From Desulfurococcaceae archaeon (GTDB lineage: Archaea; Thermoproteota; Thermoprotei_A; Sulfolobales; Desulfurococcaceae): a stretch of 64,000 nt of DNA. Positions 40,817 through 50,563 of the stretch are shown here, in pieces. The notes beneath the pieces are model-generated. The model had not been told where the DNA came from. It worked only from the letters and a program-made list of their open reading frames with translations, and searched no databases. Position numbers and translations under genes: made by a program. The stretch covers positions 64,001-128,000 of the forward strand of contig JAWAJB010000001.1 of assembly GCA_038888155.1 (NCBI GenBank). The letters run 5' to 3'. Position 1 is the stretch's first letter. Each line of letters starts with the position of its first letter.

Positions 40817-42391
40817 ATGCCTTCACGAATACTAATAGCCAACAGAGGAGAAATAGCTGTAAGGATAGCGAAAACGCTCATAGAGAACAGTTATATACCT
40901 GTGGGGGTTTATACGCATGATGACGCTGATTCTTATCATAGAAAGTTCCTTGCAGAAGATGTTGAGATATCAAGCTACATGGATATAAAGGAAATACTTA
41001 ATGCCGCAGTTGACTTGGGTGCTGAGGCTATACACCCAGGCTATGGCTTCCTGAGCGAGAGTGCCGAGTTTGCTCGAGAGGTAACTAAATCGGGGTTTAA
41101 ATTCGTAGGGCCATCACCGGATATAATAGCATTAACCAGCGACAAAATAGCATTGAAGACTTATGCTGAGAGATTCGAGGTACCTGTTTTACCGTGGATT
41201 AAGGTGGATGCTCCCCAAGATATTTTAGATTTTGGGAAAATTCACGGGTACCCTCTCATAGTGAAGGCTGCAAGGGGAGGAGGGGGAAGAGGGATACGGC
41301 TAATAAGGGGTCAGGAAGAAGTCGAAAGTGCTTTTGAGCTAGCTAGAAGAGAGGCTGAGGGTTGCTTTAAAGATTCAAGATTGTTTGTTGAACCATACGT
41401 TGAGCACGCTAAGCACATAGAGGTGCAGGTACTTGGCGATGGGGACAATATTGTACATCTTTATGAGCGTGACTGTAGCCTTCAAAGACGATACCAAAAG
41501 GTTGTAGAGGAGGCGCCAAGCCCCTCTATTACAGGTTCAACTAGAAACAAACTATGCGAATACGCTCTGAGGTTATCTTCTGGACTCAAATACAATAACG
41601 CTGGGACGGTTGAATTCATTTTTGATATTAAAAGCGGGGGCTTCTACCTAACCGAGATAAACTCAAGGCTTCAAGTGGAACATCCCGTCACAGAGATGAT
41701 CACAGGCATAGATATTGTTAAGAAACAGGTAGAAGTCGCTTTACATTCCTCCCTTGACTTGAAACAGAGAGATGTATTGATACGAGGGCATTGTATTGAA
41801 GCTAGAATATATGCTGAGAACCCATATAATCAGGAGCCTTCCCATGGTAGGATAAACAAGTATAAGGAACCCCATGGACTAGGCATTCGCGTCGACTCTG
41901 GAATAATGGAGGGATCACGTATAAGCGATAGGTATGATCCTCTAATTGCCAAGGTTATAGCGTGGGGCACAGATAGGAACGTCGCCCTCTATAGACTAGA
42001 GCGGGCTCTTAATGAATTTATAATACACGGAAATAATATAGTAACTAATATTCCACTACTGAAGCATATATTGAGATCACCACAATTCACCAGTGCCGTT
42101 CACACCACAAAGTTCCTCGAGGAGGCAGTCCCAATATTATATTCTAGGGCGATTGAGGAGTCGAAAGTTCACGCAACTATATTAGCGTCACTCATTGAAA
42201 CCAACGATAAAGGCAGTAAGACTTATATATCTAAGGAAGGTTTGATAAAACAGGTTCTAAGAGGGGAGAATGTCTCATCATTAAAGAGGAGAGCGTGGTA
42301 CTACTACGTAGCGATCCGTAGTGGGTTCGGACACTACAGAATGAAGCAGGGGAAAGTGGCAAAGGGACGATCAAAAAGATGGACTCTTTAA
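40817..42391 (+). CDS. accC: Biotin carboxylase subunit
   Basis: ILIANRGEIA, IHPGYGFLSE, GGGGRG, ERDCSLQRRYQK, EINSRLQVEHPVTE, IEARIYAE, YDPLIAK. Confidence 0.93.
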   Translation: MPSRILIANRGEIAVRIAKTLIENSYIPVGVYTHDDADSYHRKFLAEDVEISSYMDIKEILNAAVDLGAEAIHPGYGFLSESAEFAREVTKSGFKFVGPSPDIIALTSDKIALKTYAERFEVPVLPWIKVDAPQDILDFGKIHGYPLIVKAARGGGGRGIRLIRGQEEVESAFELARREAEGCFKDSRLFVEPYVEHAKHIEVQVLGDGDNIVHLYERDCSLQRRYQKVVEEAPSPSITGSTRNKLCEYALRLSSGLKYNNAGTVEFIFDIKSGGFYLTEINSRLQVEHPVTEMITGIDIVKKQVEVALHSSLDLKQRDVLIRGHCIEARIYAENPYNQEPSHGRINKYKEPHGLGIRVDSGIMEGSRISDRYDPLIAKVIAWGTDRNVALYRLERALNEFIIHGNNIVTNIPLLKHILRSPQFTSAVHTTKFLEEAVPILYSRAIEESKVHATILASLIETNDKGSKTYISKEGLIKQVLRGENVSSLKRRAWYYYVAIRSGFGHYRMKQGKVAKGRSKRWTL

Positions 42392-42466
42392 GTTTTTAAG
42401 AGGATTCGATATTAAAATTAGATAGTGACAATTCTTCTCTACTGGAAATGTTAAAGGTGAACAGTT

Positions 42467-44974
42467 ATTACGTTAAATAGAGAATCGAAGTTTGTTTTAT
42501 GGCTCGACGAAGTGAGAAAAGAGGATTCATTAATTGTTGGGGGCAAGAACGCAAACCTAGGCGAAATGATTGCAGCAGGAATTCCAGTGCCACCTGGCTT
42601 TGCCGTAACGGCTTACGCTTTTAAGTACTTTCTCGAGAAAACGGGGCTGAGTTCGAAAATACATGAAATGTTGAGAGAACTTGATGTAAATAATACCAAG
42701 CAATTAGAGGAGACTACGCATAAAATTCGAGAAATGATCCTATCTGAGAAGATACCGGACGAGATCTCGAATGAAATAATAAAATATTGCCGAGAATTAG
42801 CCGAGAAACTCGATATCGAACTAGATAGATTACGCGTAGCAGTAAGGAGCAGCGCGACGGCTGAGGATCTACCGGAGGCGAGTTTTGCCGGCCAACAAGA
42901 AACTTATCTCAATGTGTCCGGCGTCGAAAACGTAATATTACACGTTAAAAAGTGCTGGGCAAGTTTATTTACAGCAAGAGCTACCTTTTATAGGACTGCT
43001 CACGGCATTCCACACGAGAGAACCTATATGAGCGTAACTGTGCAGAAAATGGTCAACAGTAGGGCATCTGGAGTAATGTTCACCCTCCACCCCGTTACAG
43101 GGGATGAGAATTTAATTGTCATTGAGGGTAGCTGGGGTCTTGGCGAATCGGTAGTTGGAGGCAAAGTTACTCCCGATGAGTATGTCGTGGATAGATCTAC
43201 CATGAATGTGCTGGAGAGGAAAATAAATAGAAAAACTTATATGATCACTTTTGATTTCGCGCTTAATAAGAATATTTACCTTAAATGGGACGAGAACAGA
43301 GGCTGGATTAACGAAGAAGGTATTCCGGTAAAGCATCCTCTAGCAGACATCGCTAGGCCCGATAAACCTGCATTATCCGATGAGGAAGTAAAGAAACTTG
43401 CAGAGCTTGGAGAACTAATTTACAGACATTATAGAAGGCATATGGACATAGAGTGGGCAGTTGACCTAGATCTATCATATCCGCATAATATATTTATTGT
43501 GCAGGCTAGACCCGAGACTGTATGGAGTGTTAAAAAGGCAAAGGAAGTAGAGAGAAAGTCAGGCGAAATAGCAGTTACTATAGGCAAGAAAACTGTTGCA
43601 CTTTCCGAAGCTAGAGTAATCTCTAAAGGATTGCCTGCAAGCCCTGGCGTTGTAGCCGGTGTGGCGAGGGTTATTTTAAACCCCAAGAGCAAAGAGGCTC
43701 AGGAGTTTGAACTTGGGGACATATTAATTACGAAGATGACCGACCCTGACTGGGTACCATTAATGAAGAAAGCTGCAGCTATTGTAACGGACGAAGGCGG
43801 CATGACAAGCCATGCAGCTATTGTAAGTAGGGAACTGGGTATACCATGTGTTGTTGGTACAGGAAATGCAACTAAATCCATTCAACCTGGTACAGAAATC
43901 ACTGTTGATGGGGGACGGGGCATTATTTATGAGGGGGTGGTAGAGGACCTTATAAAGCCCAAATCTATGCAGCCAATTTCATCAGCCGGTGCTACTATAT
44001 CTGTTGGAGTTGCCCCGGAGCAATTGTGGTCTTTATACCCAGTAACGGCCACAAAAATATATATGAACCTCGGCGAACCAGAGGCTATCGACAAATATAA
44101 AAATCTACCATTTGATGGTATTGGGCTCATGAGAATCGAGTTCATATTTACTGACTGGATTGGATACCACCCAATGTATCTAATAAAAAGGGGCGAACAG
44201 GATTTCTTCATAAACAGATTGGCAGAGGGCGTTGCAAAGGTCGCTCAAGCAATATACCCCAGACCAATAATTGTTCGGTTTAGCGACTTTAGGACTAACG
44301 AGTTCAGAGGGCTTAGAGGGGGAGAGGAGTTCGAGCCTGATGAAAGAAATCCCATGATCGGTTGGAGGGGGGTTTCAAGGTATATACACCCAAATTATGA
44401 GCCTGGCTTTAGGCTCGAACTGAAGGCTATAAAGAAAGCTAGAGAGGAGTTTGGGCTCAGTAATGTATGGGTAATGCTGCCTTTTGTTAGAACAACCTGG
44501 GAAGTGGAGAGTGCTCTCAAAATTATGGCCGAAGAGGGATTGCGAAGAAGTAGGGACTTCAAAATTTGGATAATGGCCGAGGTGCCAAGCGTTGCGCTCC
44601 TCGCCGAAGAGTTCGCTAAGCTCGTAGACGGCTTCAGTATTGGGAGCAACGACCTGACTCAGTTGGTTATTGGAGCGGATAGAGACAGCAACATTCTAGC
44701 TGAAATGGGCTATTTTGATGAGAGAGATCCAGCTGTGCTCGCCGCCATTAAAATGATAATCAGGGGGGCTCACAAAAGAGGTGCTACTGTCAGCATATGC
44801 GGTCAAGCTCCCAGCGTTTACCCAGAGATCGTCGAGTTCTTAGTTCGAGAAGGCATTGACAGTATAAGCGTGAACCCAGATGCAGTAATATCAACGAGGA
44901 GGCTCGTCGCAAGCACCGAAAGAAAAATAATGCTCGAGAAACTTGAAAAATGGAGAAGAGTCTCAAGAAAGTAA
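42467..44974 (+). CDS. ppsA: Phosphoenolpyruvate synthase (pyruvate, water dikinase)
   Basis: [66 protein letters not shown]. Start placed at a putative ATT (see findings); the first canonical start is GTG 42512. Confidence 0.95.
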   Translation: MTLNRESKFVLWLDEVRKEDSLIVGGKNANLGEMIAAGIPVPPGFAVTAYAFKYFLEKTGLSSKIHEMLRELDVNNTKQLEETTHKIREMILSEKIPDEISNEIIKYCRELAEKLDIELDRLRVAVRSSATAEDLPEASFAGQQETYLNVSGVENVILHVKKCWASLFTARATFYRTAHGIPHERTYMSVTVQKMVNSRASGVMFTLHPVTGDENLIVIEGSWGLGESVVGGKVTPDEYVVDRSTMNVLERKINRKTYMITFDFALNKNIYLKWDENRGWINEEGIPVKHPLADIARPDKPALSDEEVKKLAELGELIYRHYRRHMDIEWAVDLDLSYPHNIFIVQARPETVWSVKKAKEVERKSGEIAVTIGKKTVALSEARVISKGLPASPGVVAGVARVILNPKSKEAQEFELGDILITKMTDPDWVPLMKKAAAIVTDEGGMTSHAAIVSRELGIPCVVGTGNATKSIQPGTEITVDGGRGIIYEGVVEDLIKPKSMQPISSAGATISVGVAPEQLWSLYPVTATKIYMNLGEPEAIDKYKNLPFDGIGLMRIEFIFTDWIGYHPMYLIKRGEQDFFINRLAEGVAKVAQAIYPRPIIVRFSDFRTNEFRGLRGGEEFEPDERNPMIGWRGVSRYIHPNYEPGFRLELKAIKKAREEFGLSNVWVMLPFVRTTWEVESALKIMAEEGLRRSRDFKIWIMAEVPSVALLAEEFAKLVDGFSIGSNDLTQLVIGADRDSNILAEMGYFDERDPAVLAAIKMIIRGAHKRGATVSICGQAPSVYPEIVEFLVREGIDSISVNPDAVISTRRLVASTERKIMLEKLEKWRRVSRK

Positions 44975-45143
44975 ATTATTAAAGTTAAGCAGGGCTTTTT
45001 AGATTAATAAAAACTCAGCTGATATTTTTACTTCTCCCATAGCTTAATAGTCTTCAAGTACGAAAACATAGCCCTTACATTAGAGCAAAATTAATTAAGG
45101 AATATCAACGAACTAATTTTCCATGAACAGGCGGTGCTAAAAT

Positions 45144-46709
45144 GTGAAGATTGCAGGAGAAACTGTTTACGTACCAGACTTTGTTGCAATTATACAGGGA
45201 GCTGTAAGTAGGCTAATTAAAGGAGGGACAATACGCGGGAGAGTGGTAATCTACAAGGGAATAGTTCTCTTCTTGGAATCGCTGGCCTCTAAGGGACGGG
45301 TGCTCGGGTATGCGGGATTGGAGGAACTTAACGAACTGAGATCTCTTGCAGAGGAAAATTTAATTACCCTAGAATTTGTTGGAGACAAGCTACGAGTTTC
45401 CCTCAATGAACCCGAGGAAACGCTAATTAATGAAATAAATAATGCAGTGCGGGATGTAGCTATAAGTAGTGGCGGAATAGTAATAACTGGAGACGCTGTT
45501 CAATACCATGTCAGCAAAACCATGGGGATACAGGTTCTACTAGTCGAGAAAAAAGAGACAGAAACCTTGACCTTCGAAAAATTCTTTGACAACGCCACAA
45601 TGAGCGTCCACTTAAAGGAGGGAACTTTTCCTGTCGCAAAGGTTGGCAAACCGGGCGATTGGAAATATATAAAATTGGGCAACGAAGTGCTCACACGAAG
45701 CGTCGTTGAGAGGTTTGCAAATGAAATAATTGAAGAAGCAAGGAGGAGAAGAGATTCGTTCGTTGAGATTGATCGTGAGGGCTCAACAATAATTCAACTT
45801 AGCCTATATAGGATCGTGGTGACTAGGCCTCCATTAAGTGATGGATGGGAAATCACCATAGTGAGACCCGTAAGGAGACTTAAACTGGAAGATTACGAGC
45901 TACCCTCTGAACTTGTCAAGAGATTTAATGAACGAGCAGAGGGTATACTGATTGCAGGTGCCCCTGGAATGGGTAAGACCACTTTTGCTCAAGCACTAGC
46001 AGAGTATTATTCAAAAATGGGAAAAGTTGTCAAGACTGTTGAGTCCCCAAGAGACATGATACTGCCAGATGAAATAACGCAATACAGCAAACATTACGCT
46101 ACAATAGGAGAGCTCCACGACATACTTTTGCTCTCAAGACCTGATTACACCGTATTTGATGAAATGAGAACAGATGAAGACTTTAAGTTATACGCCGATC
46201 TAAGGCTTGCCGGTATAGGAATGATAGGGGTAATCCACGCCACTTCACCTATAGACGCCATCCAGAGATTTATTGGGCGCGTAGATTTGGGGATGATACC
46301 ATCAATAATAGATACCGTTGTATTCATTAAGAATGGCAGGGTTGAGAAAGTATACGAGATAAAGATGACCGTTAAGCTACCAACAGGGCTCAAGGAAGCA
46401 GATCTCTCGAGGCCCGTGGTGGAAGTGAGGGACTACCTCACAGGAGAACTAGAGTATGAGATCTACACTTTCGGTGAACAAACTGCAGTCATACCAGTAC
46501 GAAAAATACGCGAAAGTCGCCCTAAGTGGCAGGACCTCGTAGAGAAGATGCAGTCCTCTTTACCCGGCATATCCGTGAGATCAAACGGAGATGGAATATT
46601 GCTAGAGATGAGCAAAGATCAGCTTAGGACCTATAGGAAGAGGATAAGCCGTTTTAGGAGAATTTGCGAGAAGCAGGGAGCTCAGCTGAGAATTATCCTA
46701 AAGAGTTAA
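45144..46709 (+). CDS. PIN-domain P-loop ATPase (PINA, Holliday-junction branch migration ATPase family)
   Basis: N-terminal PIN-like domain, MSVHLKE, RPPLSDGWEIT, GAPGMGKTT, TVESPRD, FDEMR, GVIHA, YEIYTFGE. Confidence 0.88.
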   Translation: MKIAGETVYVPDFVAIIQGAVSRLIKGGTIRGRVVIYKGIVLFLESLASKGRVLGYAGLEELNELRSLAEENLITLEFVGDKLRVSLNEPEETLINEINNAVRDVAISSGGIVITGDAVQYHVSKTMGIQVLLVEKKETETLTFEKFFDNATMSVHLKEGTFPVAKVGKPGDWKYIKLGNEVLTRSVVERFANEIIEEARRRRDSFVEIDREGSTIIQLSLYRIVVTRPPLSDGWEITIVRPVRRLKLEDYELPSELVKRFNERAEGILIAGAPGMGKTTFAQALAEYYSKMGKVVKTVESPRDMILPDEITQYSKHYATIGELHDILLLSRPDYTVFDEMRTDEDFKLYADLRLAGIGMIGVIHATSPIDAIQRFIGRVDLGMIPSIIDTVVFIKNGRVEKVYEIKMTVKLPTGLKEADLSRPVVEVRDYLTGELEYEIYTFGEQTAVIPVRKIRESRPKWQDLVEKMQSSLPGISVRSNGDGILLEMSKDQLRTYRKRISRFRRICEKQGAQLRIILKS

Positions 46710-46718
46710 ACTCCCTAG

Positions 46719-47162
46719 TTAAGTATCAGTGTACTCTGACAACTTTCTAACCCCCTTGATTATTGACATAAATGCATCAAACTTAATGCCTTCCCTAAGA
46801 AGTTCCTTGGGTAGCCTGTACTTGCCACCGTGGGTTCTTTCTACTTTTGAAGCTGAAACAAATATCCATTCTCCTGTACCAACAACTTTCACTGCTATAT
46901 ATGATTCGCCCGAGGCCCTTTTTGCGAACTCTAGGAGTTTTTCTACTTGATAGGGCTCCAAGTAAATAGTTTTAGCTCTTTTAATAGTTTTGGCCTCGAT
47001 CACTACTACTTTTCCTTTATAAATAGCAACTATATCAGGGTACATTGTTTTCTTAGCCTTGCTCCCACTGGCGGGGGCCCTTATAACGGCCAATCCTTGA
47101 TCCCAGATTTTCCTGACAAGATCTCTTTCGTGCGAGAAGCCTCTCGCTCTATTTGATGGCAT
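46719..47162 (-). CDS. hjc: Holliday junction resolvase Hjc
   Basis: RGFSHERDL, RAPASGS, PDIVA, IEAK, Q..KL..FA; ATG 47162 follows GGAGG. Confidence 0.93.
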   Translation of the reverse strand: MPSNRARGFSHERDLVRKIWDQGLAVIRAPASGSKAKKTMYPDIVAIYKGKVVVIEAKTIKRAKTIYLEPYQVEKLLEFAKRASGESYIAVKVVGTGEWIFVSASKVERTHGGKYRLPKELLREGIKFDAFMSIIKGVRKLSEYTDT

Positions 47163-47356
47163 TATAACCTCCAAATTATTTAAAGATTGAAAACAAATTA
47201 AAGGTTAAATATTTGGTTTGTGCGCTCAAGTAAGAACATGCGAATTAATGTGGAATTGAGTTCAAAGTAATTTGTCAAATCTTTGGCTCTAATTTTACTA
47301 AAGTAATTTAATGGGAAATAGCTCAGCAAACTTTTAGTTGACTATTGGATGGGGTT

Positions 47357-47938
47357 TTATTTTTCTAAAATCCATTTACGCTCGGCTCGAAGTGCCCTCA
47401 GGGAGGTTTCTACGAAGTTTTCTTTTTGAAGCTTGTACGTTTTTATGTTTATCATATTATTCGCTACTTCTAGGGTTATAAAAGAGGGAACAAAACTTCC
47501 ACCACCTCCTCCCCAAACGCCAGTTAATGATCCTGGATTTAACAGAAGTTCATGCCCTGTTGAGCTCAGCTTAACGAAGTCTGAGTGCGTGTGTCCGGAG
47601 ATTAAAATTTCTACGTCAAGGGATTTAGCCACCTGTGTAAGCTTCGTAGGATCCCCCCTTGGAAATATACCGTCGCCGTGGTGGATGCCGAATTTAATGC
47701 CTTCGACCTCAAATGCTTGGGTTTTAGGTAGGGGGAGGTAGTCCATATTTCCTCGCACTACGTAGACTCTATCGCTTAGTTCCTGAAGCCAGGCTAAGAT
47801 ATCCCTACTAGTTAGGTCTCCAGTGAAAATGACTACTTCCCACGGCTTGCGCAGAGATATTATATCTTCTAGTCTCCTGGGTATTTTGGGGGCTCTATCC
47901 GGTATGTGGGTATCGCCTAGTACAAGCAATCTTACCAT
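47357..47938 (-). CDS. YfcE/MJ0936/Vps29-like metallophosphoesterase
   Basis: LGDTHIPDRA, TGDL, VRGNMD, HHG, SGHTH, NPGSLTG, PSF. Confidence 0.9.
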   Translation of the reverse strand: MVRLLVLGDTHIPDRAPKIPRRLEDIISLRKPWEVVIFTGDLTSRDILAWLQELSDRVYVVRGNMDYLPLPKTQAFEVEGIKFGIHHGDGIFPRGDPTKLTQVAKSLDVEILISGHTHSDFVKLSSTGHELLLNPGSLTGVWGGGGGSFVPSFITLEVANNMINIKTYKLQKENFVETSLRALRAERKWILEK

Positions 47939-48026
47939 GTTTATCAACTGCATAAAATAATTAAACCTAAGATATACGTAAGGTGTTTACCCCGAATAAT
48001 TCACATAGAGCTTTCGTTTATAAGTA

Positions 48027-48779
48027 TTAGTAGCTCTCTATTTTCTTAGTCAATATTAGATTAAATGGAAATGGCACTAAGAGATGGATAAGCAACTTGA
48101 ATTCGCCCGATTTCAACGTGCTTATAACTTCGGGGCCCTTTTCATTTCCCGTTAAATACCCTTCTAAGATACTATCAATTGCCTTTGATTCAAGGGTCTC
48201 TGTCCACAGCGCCCTTCCATAACCATCAATGTAAATTGTTGATATCAATACTAAAAGATCCCATGCAGCATAATCTGAGTTATACTCGTTTATTGCCTGC
48301 TCTGCGTCAATGGCATATATTTTTTCATCCCTATAGATGAAATTTGTGATCTTAGAGTCCCCTAAGGCCCAGCCTGACTCATGGCATTTTCCTAGTCCAT
48401 AGCCTATTTCATAATGAATTTTAGATGGGGCTTGATAGCTGTACAACTCTCCTTTAATAAACTCTCTAACTAATGTGAGTCTTGCATAATCAACTAATAA
48501 GATCTCTGGCCTGTTAAAACAGCTATCTGCTTTTCGCATGAACGAAACCTCTCGTTTCAATCTCTCAATTGGCTCTGGTCTAAGGGGGTACTTCCTAATG
48601 GCGAAATTAGGTAACACGACCATAAACCACTTTAAAATACCAAGCTCAGATGCATAGTTTTTTATTAGATATGCGTTATTGTTAATCATCAATATTTTTG
48701 ACTGCTTGGAGATGTAATCAATAATATTTACAAGGCTCATCCTAAATGAACTATCCATAACGAATAAAACCCATCTCAA
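48027..48779 (-). CDS. Atypical protein-kinase-fold protein (Bud32/RIO-like)
   Basis: LIKNY, ER..RE, LVREFIKG, catalytic loop LGDSKITNF, IDAEQA, AWDL. True start may be an internal ATG. Confidence 0.7.
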   Translation of the reverse strand: MRWVLFVMDSSFRMSLVNIIDYISKQSKILMINNNAYLIKNYASELGILKWFMVVLPNFAIRKYPLRPEPIERLKREVSFMRKADSCFNRPEILLVDYARLTLVREFIKGELYSYQAPSKIHYEIGYGLGKCHESGWALGDSKITNFIYRDEKIYAIDAEQAINEYNSDYAAWDLLVLISTIYIDGYGRALWTETLESKAIDSILEGYLTGNEKGPEVISTLKSGEFKLLIHLLVPFPFNLILTKKIESY

Positions 48780-48990
48780 TGTATATGGGAATAAAGCCTA
48801 ATAACGTTGTCCAGCAAATTTTCTTGCGATAAAGACAAACGGGATTTAAAAATTTTTACTAGTTTCATGAGATCTGCAATTTCTTATGAGAAAAAAGTCT
48901 TTGTTACATATTAACATTATCAATTATTTGCATAATAAGAGTCCTTATACCAAGATTTAAGTAAAGAAGCGTTACTCCCTATGTGGTGAA

Positions 48991-49305
48991 GTGTTGCCGA
49001 TGTCCAGTGGCGCCGATGACAGGATCACCATTAGGGGCACTATTATTGAAATTCCCCTAAAGCCAAGAAAAAGGATGATCTCCCTTAGATTAGACGAGGA
49101 TGCCCTCATAGCAATAGATAAGTTCGTGATGTCCACTGGTGAGTACTCACGAACTTTGCTGATGACCAAAATAATTGAAGCTCTAGCTGAAGGCCTAAAA
49201 AGAACGGGGTACTCTGCCGTAAGCTTAGAGTTAAAGTTTACAGTTAATTCAAACAAAGGGGAGTCGCTTAGTATAGTAATACCTCTCCGAAGGGCACGGC
49301 CCTAG
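48991..49305 (+). CDS. Ribbon-helix-helix (CopG-like) DNA-binding protein
   Basis: RMISLRLDEDALIAIDKF...SRTLLMTKIIE fits the RHH strand-helix-helix pattern; probable start ATG 49000. Confidence 0.72.
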   Translation: MLPMSSGADDRITIRGTIIEIPLKPRKRMISLRLDEDALIAIDKFVMSTGEYSRTLLMTKIIEALAEGLKRTGYSAVSLELKFTVNSNKGESLSIVIPLRRARP

Positions 49306-49682
49306 CCCGCTTTCTTCGCCTTCAGGGCGGTTAAAATCACTCTTACTATATCTGCGGGCAAGCTTATCATGTGTGCTAATTGTTCAGGCGCTATTGATTC
49401 ACCATATAAGTCGTAGTGTTGCTGAACAGCGTACAGCGGCTCAAGGTAATAAATTCTACGCCCTTCCTTGATCTTAGCTATTATCCCGAGCTTATTCAAC
49501 TTAGCAAGGTATCTCGACTCAATCGTTCTCGCTCTTCCTGTGTATTTAGCCACATCCTCAGCTGTTACACGCTTTAAAGCAATTACGGCATCTAGCGTCT
49601 TTAGAGTGGGGGGTGTTATTATGATCCCGCGCTTGACAAGGAACCTTATGTCGTATATACCGCAATAATCCTGAGTTTGCAA
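49302..49682 (-). CDS. Winged helix-turn-helix regulator
   Basis: VTAEDVAKYTGRARTIESRYLAKLNKLGII..KEGRRIYY wing. Confidence 0.8.
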   Translation of the reverse strand: MQTQDYCGIYDIRFLVKRGIIITPPTLKTLDAVIALKRVTAEDVAKYTGRARTIESRYLAKLNKLGIIAKIKEGRRIYYLEPLYAVQQHYDLYGESIAPEQLAHMISLPADIVRVILTALKAKKAG

Positions 49683-49945
49683 TGAGAGTCGCCTAAAACT
49701 TGTTCCTACTTGACATAATATTGATTAAAGACTAATAAACTTTAAAACTTGATTTAAACTCTAGTTAATACAATATTAAATGGACACATCTTTCTGAAGT
49801 ATTAATATTGTTAACGTTACTTATGAATATCTAGATAAAGGACAATACAGAGTTCTAATCCAAGTTAGCATCATCGCAGCTTTTAATAGTTCATCTAAGT
49901 TTAAATAAAATTGTTAGCATTTTCTTAGGCGGTGAAAGGGCATTA

Positions 49946-50563
49946 ATGATTTACTGTATTGTACTAGCAGCGGGAGAGAGCGCTCGCTTTCCTTCTAACA
50001 AGCTACTCTATATCTACCAAGATAAACCAATTATACTTCAAACGCTCTCGAACATAGTTAATTCGAGGTCAGTGCGGGATATAATAGTTGTTACTGGATA
50101 TCAACATGAAGCTATAGAGAGAATCATTAAAGGTAGTGGCATAAAGGCATATGTCGTCTACAATCCAGATTACCGAAAAGGAATGAGTTACTCCATAAAA
50201 GTGGGGGTAAATTACATCTTGGAAAAGCTTGACATGCCTTGTGGTATAATGATTAATCCAGGCGATGTTGCCTGGGTACACCCAGGGATATACACGCTCA
50301 TAGCTGGTAAGTTCCTCGAGGACCCACACGCACATTCTATTGTTGTAGCCGCCTATAGAGGAAGAAGGGGTCATCCGGTTATTTTTTCAAGTAAAGTTAT
50401 CAATGACCTACTATCAATAACGGAGGAGAAACTTGGATTAAAGGAAGTTATCAATAAATATAGGTACGACACCCTAGTAGTAGAGACTGAATACCCCGGT
50501 GTACTTTTAGATCTAGACAACCTTCTTGATTTGCTCAGAGTAAAAAATAATATCTATAAGTGA
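49946..50563 (+). CDS. MocA/MobA-like nucleotidyltransferase (molybdopterin dinucleotide synthesis family)
   Basis: VLAAGESARF..NKLL, NPDYRKGMSYSI, PGD, GRRGHPVIF, LLDLD. Confidence 0.88.
   Translation: MIYCIVLAAGESARFPSNKLLYIYQDKPIILQTLSNIVNSRSVRDIIVVTGYQHEAIERIIKGSGIKAYVVYNPDYRKGMSYSIKVGVNYILEKLDMPCGIMINPGDVAWVHPGIYTLIAGKFLEDPHAHSIVVAAYRGRRGHPVIFSSKVINDLLSITEEKLGLKEVINKYRYDTLVVETEYPGVLLDLDNLLDLLRVKNNIYK

Noticed and set aside
47357-47938. Vps29 similarity as a eukaryotic-signature retromer component
   Set aside because: All metal-binding motifs are intact and this phosphoesterase family is widespread in archaea; no other retromer-like genes are nearby.
49745-49780. Possible Xer dif site or replication origin
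   Set aside because: The arms are imperfect with a 7-nt rather than 6-nt spacer, and there are no ORB-like repeats or cdc6/xerA gene nearby. Kept only as a possible operator.
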